The translations under genes were made by a program, and so were the position numbers. Of a DNA stretch of 64,000 bases, positions 56,747-64,000 are shown piece by piece (position 1 is the first letter of the stretch; each line of letters starts with the position of its first letter). This DNA comes from Gemmatimonadaceae bacterium (GTDB lineage: Bacteria > Gemmatimonadota > Gemmatimonadetes > Gemmatimonadales > Gemmatimonadaceae), in assembly GCA_947457545.1 (NCBI GenBank), contig CANGXD010000005.1:5552-69551 (forward strand). Reading direction: 5' to 3'. Under the pieces are notes generated by a model, which ran no database searches, was not told the DNA's origin, and saw only the letters and a program-made list of their open reading frames with translations.

Positions 56747-58177
56747 GTGACTTACACGGAAGGAATCGAAGGACTGTCGATGGCCATGCTTCTGTTGCTC
56801 GTGGTGCCCGTCGTGCTGGTGGCCGTGTGGTATCGTCGTAAGGCGGCGCGCGAGGCCGCCGCGGTAGCAGCCGACCGCGACACCCTCACCGCGGCGCTTG
56901 CGTCCGCACAACAGGAGTCGGCCGCCGCGGCGGAGGAACGCGCGCGCCTTGAGGCGAACGTGGCCGCGGCCGCCGCTGCCACGAACACGTTACAGGTGGC
57001 GCTGCAGCAGCTGACGACGGACATCAGTGAGCGCCTACTGCAACAGCAGTCGGTCTCGTTTGCGCAAACGACCGAGGCACTCGAGCACCGCGCGGCCGCA
57101 GAAGTGCGCACAATGCGCGACGTGCTCGAACGCGCTACCGACGAGCGGGCCGCAGCGCAGCTCACGCCGATCAACGAGGCACTCACGAGGCTGGAGGGCA
57201 TGCTGGCCGCATCGCGGGAGGGTGGCGCGCTCACGGCAGGCAAGGTGGAGTCGCTGTTGCAGACAGTTACGGAGGAACAGCGCCGCCACTGGCAGGAGAC
57301 GCGGCAGCTGCGCAGCGCGTTTCAATCGCCGCAAGTGCGCGGGCAGTTCGGCGAATACACCCTGATTCGCGCTCTCGAAGACGCCGGACTGAGAGCAGGC
57401 GTGCACTACGAGATCCAGGCCGCCGACCGTGACGAGGGGGGCGGGTTCCGCCCCGACGTACTGGTGCGGCTGCCGGGGGATCGTCTGATGATCGTCGACA
57501 GCAAGGCCCCACTGGAGCATCTCCTTCAGGCCTACGCGTCCGACGACGCAGAGGCACGGCAGTCGTCAGTGGAGCAGCATGCCCGCGCGTTGCGACGCCA
57601 CATCGACCAGCTGGCGGCCAAGGCGTATCCGGGCCGCGTACAGGCCAGCGCCCGCCTGGCGCAGTCGGCGGACGTGTGGACGTGCGTGCTGCTGTACGTG
57701 CCGAGCGAGACCGTGCTCGATGTCGCCTTTCGCAGTGATCCCACGCTGCTGCAGCATGCGTCGGAGCGCCGTGTCTGCCTAGCGTCGCCCACAACGCTGC
57801 TAGCGGTGCTCAACACCGTCGAACAGGTGTGGCGTCAGGACCAACTGAGCCGCGAGGCCGCCCAAATCGTGCAGGCAGGAACGCAGCTGTACGAGCGACT
57901 CGGACAGGTGCTGCGTTACACCGGCGCGCTGGGCACCTCGCTCACGCGGTCAGTCGACGCGTACAACTCACTCGTCGGCTCAATGGAAGGCCGACTGATA
58001 CCGTCTGCTCGCGCGCTGCGCGCTACGGGCCTTCGGCTCACTGAGCCCGCACACGCGCCAACGACGATCAGCGGAGCTGTGCGCGTGTTCGGCGCCCGCG
58101 CCCAGGAATTCATCACGCCCGCCGATGACACCCCCCAACGACCCGGAGGTGACGACGCAGCAGCTCGGGCGGCGTAG
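56747..58177 (+). CDS. rmuC: DNA recombination protein RmuC
   Basis: N-terminal TM and coiled coil, RGQFGE..L, RPDVLVRLPG, IVDSKAPL, LYVPSE, ASPTTLLA.L; GGAGGAG RBS before GTG 56747. Confidence 0.92.
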   Translation: MTYTEGIEGLSMAMLLLLVVPVVLVAVWYRRKAAREAAAVAADRDTLTAALASAQQESAAAAEERARLEANVAAAAAATNTLQVALQQLTTDISERLLQQQSVSFAQTTEALEHRAAAEVRTMRDVLERATDERAAAQLTPINEALTRLEGMLAASREGGALTAGKVESLLQTVTEEQRRHWQETRQLRSAFQSPQVRGQFGEYTLIRALEDAGLRAGVHYEIQAADRDEGGGFRPDVLVRLPGDRLMIVDSKAPLEHLLQAYASDDAEARQSSVEQHARALRRHIDQLAAKAYPGRVQASARLAQSADVWTCVLLYVPSETVLDVAFRSDPTLLQHASERRVCLASPTTLLAVLNTVEQVWRQDQLSREAAQIVQAGTQLYERLGQVLRYTGALGTSLTRSVDAYNSLVGSMEGRLIPSARALRATGLRLTEPAHAPTTISGAVRVFGARAQEFITPADDTPQRPGGDDAAARAA

Positions 58178-58255
58178 GCGCCCCCGCACAGCACATCGCA
58201 TGCTGGTCCACCAGCCAGATCGGCTGGCACACTTTCTCTCGATCAGGAGTTGTCG

Positions 58256-58957
58256 ATGGCTTGTTCTACCGAAGGGGTTTCGATTCCGCGCTACGCGGTG
58301 GCCACCGTGGGGCTCATGATGGCCAACGGCGCTGGGGGGTTTGGCCTGTTCCTGCTCTCGCGTGGCGCACCGTGCTCCACGTCGCGCGAAGCGCTGCGTC
58401 GCCTGCACGATCAGATCCACCTGCAAATCGTACAGCGCGTTGAGGCCGTGCTCGAGCGCGAGCAGTTCGACTCGAACGAAGCCTACACCGCACACGTGCA
58501 GCAGCGCGCCGAGCGCGCGGCCAGCGTCGTGCTCCCGGCGCTCGCGTCGTGCCGCGCCAATCGTATTAACGATTTCCGACGCTGGCTGGAACGCCGCATC
58601 AACGACGCCATCGACGGGGACCCGCTTGCCGCGCCGCCGGCGGCGGTGCCGGTGCCGGTGTCCACGCGGAGCGAGTCAACCCTGCCGCTCCCGACGTCTC
58701 CGCGGGACAGTGAAGCGCGACTCTCCGCCGTGCTGCGCGCGCTGCCGCGCGACGAACGACGCGTGCTGGAGGTGCGCGCCAGCGCGGGCCGTCTTACGTG
58801 GGCTCGGGTCGCCGAACGCATGGGGCTTTCAGTACATGCGACCCAGGTCTTGCATGCCCGCGCGCTCGCCCACGCCCGCGCCTTAGCTCTCGAACTGCTT
58901 TCCGGACTCCCCACGGCGGTGGCCGGTGACGAGCGCACGCTCGATCACGCGGCGTAG
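58256..58957 (+). CDS. Divergent ECF/sigma-70-like protein (region 4 HTH)
   Basis: FRRWLERRINDAID resembles region 2; LRALPRDERRVL...TWARVAERMGLS...LHARAL resembles region 4; AGGAG RBS. Confidence 0.65.
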   Translation: MACSTEGVSIPRYAVATVGLMMANGAGGFGLFLLSRGAPCSTSREALRRLHDQIHLQIVQRVEAVLEREQFDSNEAYTAHVQQRAERAASVVLPALASCRANRINDFRRWLERRINDAIDGDPLAAPPAAVPVPVSTRSESTLPLPTSPRDSEARLSAVLRALPRDERRVLEVRASAGRLTWARVAERMGLSVHATQVLHARALAHARALALELLSGLPTAVAGDERTLDHAA

Positions 58958-59019
58958 CAGGGACGCCTCGCGGCGGTGCCCGGTAGGCGCCGCCGCGGTC
59001 CGCCCCATCCGCTTGTGCG

Positions 59020-59790
59020 TCACTCCCCATCGCGGTCTTCGACAATGCGGAGCACGCCCGACACTGGGTCGGCTTTCACTCCGACGAGAGGAAGCACGTA
59101 GCGGAGATCCGCCTCTTCAGCGCCGACGGATTTCATCTCTTCTGTCATCGTGCGCAATTGCTGCATAACGACTTCCGAGGTGACCGGACCTGAATGGCGC
59201 GGGTCTACTCCTTTACGCACCAACTCGACGATGCGACGCCGTCGACCGTCGGTAAGCCAGTCGGGCACGGACGTCGGGCTCGGGGGAGCTGCTGGTTCAG
59301 CAGCAGGCACGATGAAGGCTGCCAACGCCTGTTGCCCGATCCACGCGCCTCCGACGCCCTCTGACGCCGCGAAACTACAACCGAGTCGCCAGAGCAGTCG
59401 CGGCAGCGTGGCCGCGGCGTACCGCACCCCAGTACGTGCGGCAAGCCAGTCGATCAACGCCTTGGTGGTTCGTTGCTCGGGGGAAGCATTGAGTAGATGA
59501 CGATGTAGGTCACCGGTGATGGTCGCGCCATCCCCCGACCAGCGGGGTGGGCGCCCTGGGCGCTTCGGTGGCGGCGGTGTCCCTCCGGCCGAATCCGACG
59601 CTCGCACCCACGCGTGCAGGGTCTGGCGAGTCACCTTGTGGTCCTTGGCGATCTTGTCGAGGGTGTCGAACTCCTCCCCCCGGTTCCTCCTCCTTTTCGA
59701 CGCCCTGACCGCATCGACGGCTTCCTGGCGAAGGCGCTGCTGACGCGCGATCTGCCGTGCCTTTTGAGTAGCTGTGAGGCGCCGTTTCAC
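59020..59790 (-). CDS. HTH / winged-HTH protein resembling an IS630 transposase N-terminus, without a DDE domain
   Basis: LDKIAKDHKVTRQTLHAWV...KRPGRPPR...TTKALIDWLAARTGVRY..ATLPRLLWRLG.SF; GTG start inferred. Confidence 0.6.
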   Translation of the reverse strand: MKRRLTATQKARQIARQQRLRQEAVDAVRASKRRRNRGEEFDTLDKIAKDHKVTRQTLHAWVRASDSAGGTPPPPKRPGRPPRWSGDGATITGDLHRHLLNASPEQRTTKALIDWLAARTGVRYAAATLPRLLWRLGCSFAASEGVGGAWIGQQALAAFIVPAAEPAAPPSPTSVPDWLTDGRRRRIVELVRKGVDPRHSGPVTSEVVMQQLRTMTEEMKSVGAEEADLRYVLPLVGVKADPVSGVLRIVEDRDGE

Positions 59791-59899
59791 ACCACAAAAC
59801 GTAAAGCTATTTCGACCAGTACGAAAGATTACACACACGCGTTTCCCTCTGAAAAACGGCATTCTGGCAACGCGGCTGATCGTGCAGTAGGCCTCTGTC

Positions 59900-60469
59900 A
59901 TGTCCGACAGCGCCACGCTCACTGAGAAATCACCGATCCGCCCCGATGCCCTCGGCGTCGACGCGCCCAGCACCTTGGAGGTGCTCGCGGCGAAGCTCGC
60001 GGCCCTCCATGCGTACAGCACGCGGTACGGGATCACGCGCCCGGCCGCCGACCTGCTCGGGGAGATCCTCGACGACGTGCGTCGCGTCCAGGCGACCGCG
60101 GAGGCGGAGTGGATCTCGCCCGGCCAAGCGAGCGACATCTCCGGGTACACCAGGGAACACCTCCGCCAAATGTCGGCGAACGGGAGGCTCCGGCGAAACG
60201 GGTCGCGGTTTCTCCGTGGGGAGATCCAGCGCCTGCGCACGAAACGCGGCAGGACCGCGACAACGGCGGCGACCAGGCCGGTCGAGTCGCCCCCGCTCCC
60301 TGCGCCCAATGCTCAGGAGGAGGAGGACCTACCTCCAGCACAGACGAGCGAACCGCGGGCCGAATCACGCGACCCCGTCGACGCTCCGAACTCCCATGCA
60401 GAAACAGGCGTCCGCAACCCCCTTACCGGGCGTGCGCTCGGTATCCACCCCGACCGACTGAGACAGTGA
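59900..60469 (+). CDS. Excisionase/recombination directionality factor-like HTH protein
   Basis: WISPGQASDISGYTREHLRQM..NGRL; its stop overlaps a GTG in the integrase frame. Confidence 0.7.
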   Translation: MSDSATLTEKSPIRPDALGVDAPSTLEVLAAKLAALHAYSTRYGITRPAADLLGEILDDVRRVQATAEAEWISPGQASDISGYTREHLRQMSANGRLRRNGSRFLRGEIQRLRTKRGRTATTAATRPVESPPLPAPNAQEEEDLPPAQTSEPRAESRDPVDAPNSHAETGVRNPLTGRALGIHPDRLRQ

Positions 60470-60471
60470 AC

Positions 60472-61965
60472 ATGTCGACGAATCAGCACAACAACGAAGC
60501 TCCGACGATGCACATCACGCATTCGACGCGCGCATCGAACGACGTTACGGAACAGTGGCACATGACGAAGCGCGGATGGAGCCGTTCCTTCGTCGAGGGC
60601 GACGTGCGGATCAAGGTGTTCCAGAGCAAGCCGGAAGGCAATTTCTACGCGCGTGTTGGCTCGTGGGATCGGCCTCGGCAAATCTCATTGCAGACGACCA
60701 ATCGTGACGTCGCCGAAGCGTGCGCGCTGGACTACCTCGCGTCCCCGGTGGCGTCGCTGGATCCACCGGCAGACGACGAAGTGTTCCGCTGGCGCATTGT
60801 CCCCGCGGCGCTACCTCAGTCAGCGCCGGCATCACTCACGCTACACCAACTCATGTGCTGGTACGTGGCATCGAACCGATTCCACAGCCAGAACAAGGCC
60901 GCTACGCAGCAGAAGGTCCTGAGTGCCCTGCAGATTCTCCTCATGGGACTCGGTCCGAACACCGAGATCGCGCTTCTGGATGCGAATGTGCTCGACGGCT
61001 ACATCCGACTGCGCAAGCAGGGCGGCATTCCGTACACCGATTTTTCGACCCTTCCCGACGGGACGGTGCGGCCGTACGCGCGTGTGACGGGCCCGGTGAA
61101 GTCGCGCAGCGTGGTGCTCGAGCTCACGCAGCTACAGGCAATGATCCGGTGGGCTATCGAAACGCGGACGCTCGATAAGCGGAGCTACCTCCTGCACGAG
61201 TGGCCCATGCGCGACGACATGCTGCGTGGCATGAAGAAGAAGGAGAAGGCCGAACGCGTGGGACGCGCGCCGCTCCCCCGCGAGGCCATTCAACGGCTGC
61301 TCGCCACGGCGCTGTCTCTCGCGGCGCAGGCGCGCGCCGAACGGAATCGCGAGAAGGCGCTGCGGTACACGCGGATCGCGCTGGCGCTGCTGTTTGTCGA
61401 CGTCACGGGCGAACGCATCGGGGGCGTGCGGCAGCTTCGCCGCAGCGACCTCCGCTTCGTGCAGCGCGGCGTCGACTACGAACTCCGCCTCACGTATCGC
61501 GGCGACACTGTGAAGCCGGGTTCGACCAGGACCATCACCTTTCCGGCGAAGGAGTCGCGACTGGTGAAGGAACTGCTGAGCGAGCTGCCCGTGATCGGCG
61601 ATGGACTGCTGTTTCCAAATGCGAAGGGGCTGCCCATGAGCACCGACGCCTTCATCGACGAGCTGCGCGCGCTCGCCGCGGCTGCCGAGGTTGAGCTGAC
61701 CGCGGATAGCGTGTGGCATGGCGCTCGGGTGACGTGGGCCACCGAGCGGCGCCATCTGGATCACAAGGCGGTCATGGCCGCCGGGGGCTGGTCGGACTAC
61801 GAGACGTTCTCCCGCTACGTGCGGCTGACGGACGACGATCTGCGGGAGGCCGTCGCGGCCGGACGGACGGAGGTTGCGGTGCCGGAGGTGGACGGCACGG
61901 TGGTCCCGCCTGAGGCGCCCGCGAAGCCCCGTGTCACCCGGCGCCCCGGTGGCCGTAGGGCATAA
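60472..61965 (+). CDS. int: Tyrosine integrase of the island
   Basis: VTGERIGGVRQL (R), WHGAR (HxxR), GGWSDYETFSRY (W, Y); arm-binding-like N-terminus; ends 123 bp from the att/tRNA. Confidence 0.9.
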   Translation: MSTNQHNNEAPTMHITHSTRASNDVTEQWHMTKRGWSRSFVEGDVRIKVFQSKPEGNFYARVGSWDRPRQISLQTTNRDVAEACALDYLASPVASLDPPADDEVFRWRIVPAALPQSAPASLTLHQLMCWYVASNRFHSQNKAATQQKVLSALQILLMGLGPNTEIALLDANVLDGYIRLRKQGGIPYTDFSTLPDGTVRPYARVTGPVKSRSVVLELTQLQAMIRWAIETRTLDKRSYLLHEWPMRDDMLRGMKKKEKAERVGRAPLPREAIQRLLATALSLAAQARAERNREKALRYTRIALALLFVDVTGERIGGVRQLRRSDLRFVQRGVDYELRLTYRGDTVKPGSTRTITFPAKESRLVKELLSELPVIGDGLLFPNAKGLPMSTDAFIDELRALAAAAEVELTADSVWHGARVTWATERRHLDHKAVMAAGGWSDYETFSRYVRLTDDDLREAVAAGRTEVAVPEVDGTVVPPEAPAKPRVTRRPGGRRA

Positions 61966-61990
61966 GGGGAGCGGGTGTCGCCCGCTCCCC
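61966..61990 (+). terminator. Hairpin after int
   Basis: GGGGAGCGGG-TGTCG-CCCGCTCCCC immediately after the stop. Confidence 0.7.
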
Positions 61991-62045
61991 CCTTAAACAA
62001 GGAATCCTCTGACAAACGGGAACTGGGAATGGGCTCATTTGCCTG

Positions 62046-62090
62046 CAAAACACAAACGCCGCACCCACTCGTAAGTGGTTGCGGCGTTTG
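62046..62090 (-). terminator. tRNA-Gln terminator hairpin
   Basis: Minus strand CAAACGCCGCA...TGCGGCGTTTG followed by TGTTTT. Confidence 0.75.
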
Positions 62091-62093
62091 CAA

Positions 62094-62166
62094 TTGCCCC
62101 TCCTGGGGTCGAACCAGGAACCTTCTGATCCAGAGTCAGACGCTCTGCCAGTTGAGCTAAGGGGCA
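62094..62166 (-). tRNA. tRNA-Gln (anticodon CTG), CCA not encoded
   Basis: TGCCCCT/AGGGGCA acceptor stem, D arm GCTC..GAGC, anticodon arm TCTGA-CTCTGGA-TCAGA, T arm CCTGG-TTCGACC-CCAGG; 73 nt. Confidence 0.97.
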
Positions 62167-62245
62167 GCTGGCTTCAACAGGGCAACGCCCCGCTGAGCGG
62201 TCAAATATAGGGATCCTCGCGCGGGACGGTAGTGCCCCCCTCCAG

Positions 62246-62815
62246 TCAGCCTTTCCCTAAGACGGCGGAAAAGAACTCCGGTAACTCCAGAACCCATTGG
62301 CCCACCTGACCGGTCGGGCTCCAGATAAACCGATCGGACCAGATATGCGGGTGGTCCGCCCCAGGAAGCCAGCACTCCAGCAGTTGCGCATCAAGATCGA
62401 CTATCCAGTACTCAACCATGTGCCGCTGATACAAGACCCGCTTCACGAGCCGGTCATGACGGGCCGTCGCTGGCGAGAGCACTTCAACGACAAGCATCGG
62501 ATCGACCGCTTCCGCGTCGCTAGCCAGACGGCCGTTAACCAGGGGGAGGACAAACAAATCCGGCTGCACCGACGTCCTTCCGTCGACATATATGTCGGCC
62601 GGTGACACTAGCACCTCGCCCAGCCCAGTCGGCTCGACAAAGTCGCTCAGCAGGCGGAGCAGACGAGCCACGGCGCGCTGATGCGACCGACGGGGCGCTG
62701 GACTCACGAGCAGCTCCCCGTCGACCACCTCATAGCGGCTTCCGGGGTCCTGCTCCTGCAAGGCGTGCACTTCTTCAACCGACCACAGTCGGGGCGACAG
62801 CGCGGGCATACCCAT
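62246..62815 (-). CDS. Uma2 family endonuclease (DUF820)
   Basis: RYEVVDGELLVSPAP...HQ, VQPDL, LVVEVLSP, D...KR.LY, EYWIVD. Confidence 0.92.
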   Translation of the reverse strand: MGMPALSPRLWSVEEVHALQEQDPGSRYEVVDGELLVSPAPRRSHQRAVARLLRLLSDFVEPTGLGEVLVSPADIYVDGRTSVQPDLFVLPLVNGRLASDAEAVDPMLVVEVLSPATARHDRLVKRVLYQRHMVEYWIVDLDAQLLECWLPGADHPHIWSDRFIWSPTGQVGQWVLELPEFFSAVLGKG

Positions 62816-62927
62816 ATTCTGCTCGGCACTCGGCGTTTTTCGCAACTCGGCAGCGACATCCCACAACGTGCAACGGGGGCGACGATTCCTCGTCACCCCC
62901 GTTACGCGCATGGTATCACGCGAACGC

Positions 62928-64000
62928 CTACCCCTTCTTCACTTCCTTCGCCCAGCTGTCCCGCAGCCCCACAATCCGGTTGAACACCAGCTTCTCCGGT
63001 GTGCTGCTCTCCGGCTCGCTCATGAAGTACCCCGTCCGCTCGAACTGATACCGCGACCCGATGGGATCGCTCGCCACACTCGGCTCGATCTTGGCATCGG
63101 AGATGACCACCAGCGACGCCGGGTTGAGCGCACTCAAAAAGTCCTGCCCCTCCGGCACGTCGTCCGGATCGGGCTGCGAGAACAACCGGTCGTACAACCG
63201 CACTTCGCACGACACCGCCTGCGCCGCACTCACCCAGTGGATGGTGCCCTGCACCTTGCGGCCATCAGGCGCCTGCCCGCTGCGCGTGTCCGGGTCGTAC
63301 GTGCAGCGCAGCTCGATCACCTCACCCGCGTCGTTCTTCACGACTTCGTTGCACGTGATGAGATAGCCGAAGCGCAGCCGCACTTCGCGGCCCGGCGACA
63401 AGCGATAGAACTTCTTGGGCGCGTCTTCCATGAAGTCATCGCGATCGACGTACAACTCACGCGAGAACGGCATGGGACGCGAGCCCGTCTTGGGCACATC
63501 GTGTGGATAGTTCGGCGCATCGAGCATCTCCACCTGCCCTTCGGGATAGTTGGTGAGCACAACCTTGAGCGGGTTGAGCACACACAACACACGCGGCACT
63601 TCCATGTTGAGATCATTGCGCACCGCATGCTCGAACGTCGCGATCTCCACGCGCGCATCCTTACGCGCCACACCAATGACCTCGGCAAACGCGCGAATGG
63701 CCTCGGGGCGCACGCCGCGACGACGCAGCCCCGCAATGGTGGGCATGCGGGGATCGTCCCAGCCGTTTACGTGACCATCGTTCACGAGACGCAGCAGCTT
63801 GCGCTTGCTGAGCACCGTGTAATCGAGCTCGAGCCGCGCGAACTCGATCTGCGTGGGCGGATTCACGAAACCCGCTTCGGCCACGAGCCAATCGTAAATC
63901 TCGCGTGCGTCTTTGAATTCGAGCGTGCACAGCGAACGCGTGATCCCCTCGATGGCGTCGCTCAATCCATGCGCGAAGTCGTACAGCGGGTAGATGCACC
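62928..64000 (-). CDS. glnS: Glutamine--tRNA ligase, 5' part outside the window
   Basis: IYPLYDFAHGLSDAIEG, LCTLEF, VLSKRKL, GWDDPRMPTI, GTIHWVS, YQFERTGYF. Confidence 0.96.
   Translation of the reverse strand, partial: CIYPLYDFAHGLSDAIEGITRSLCTLEFKDAREIYDWLVAEAGFVNPPTQIEFARLELDYTVLSKRKLLRLVNDGHVNGWDDPRMPTIAGLRRRGVRPEAIRAFAEVIGVARKDARVEIATFEHAVRNDLNMEVPRVLCVLNPLKVVLTNYPEGQVEMLDAPNYPHDVPKTGSRPMPFSRELYVDRDDFMEDAPKKFYRLSPGREVRLRFGYLITCNEVVKNDAGEVIELRCTYDPDTRSGQAPDGRKVQGTIHWVSAAQAVSCEVRLYDRLFSQPDPDDVPEGQDFLSALNPASLVVISDAKIEPSVASDPIGSRYQFERTGYFMSEPESSTPEKLVFNRIVGLRDSWAKEVKKG

Larger units (their letters stand above)
25641..62137. mobile_element. ~36.4-kb tRNA-Gln-integrated genomic island (integrative element)
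   Basis: Exact 50-bp terminal direct repeats, tyrosine integrase and xis-like gene adjacent to the tRNA, and metal-resistance and RM cargo. Confidence 0.93.

Noticed and set aside
59020-59790. Active IS630 element
   Set aside because: No DDE catalytic domain, terminal inverted repeats or TA duplication found.
25691-62087. Prophage or self-transmissible ICE
   Set aside because: No capsid, terminase, tail, VirB4/VirD4 or HUH relaxase motifs recognised.

Overview
A GC-rich bacterial chromosomal window. Gene content and style suggest Gemmatimonadota, which is an inference. Positions 1-25.6 kb hold ordinary genes: an amidohydrolase/Tat-subunit/GMC oxidoreductase operon, an S9 peptidase, PAS kinases, a GH29 fucosidase, a ParC/GyrA-family topoisomerase subunit, a TonB-dependent receptor, VIT1 and an MCP. 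This part also contains a 364-bp intergenic palindrome built from GTCGGGG units. Positions 25641-62137 are a ~36.4-kb integrative element, bounded by an exact 50-bp direct repeat of the 3' end of tRNA-Gln(CTG) with a tyrosine integrase next to the tRNA. Its cargo is a Zn/Co/Cd efflux cluster, a decayed ars-type operon, a Cas4-like nuclease module and an SNF2-Mod-Res type III RM operon followed by a putative HEPN gene. Its core region (52-62 kb) is the most unusual part. It carries a second, 788-aa tyrosine-recombinase-fold protein preceded by a composite direct/inverted repeat site and followed by rmuC and a sigma-like gene, plus a 46-bp near-perfect palindrome nearby. I recognised no relaxase, Rep, T4SS or phage structural gene. 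The window ends with a Uma2 nuclease and the 3' part of glnS. All product calls come from motif recognition by eye; no database searches were run.
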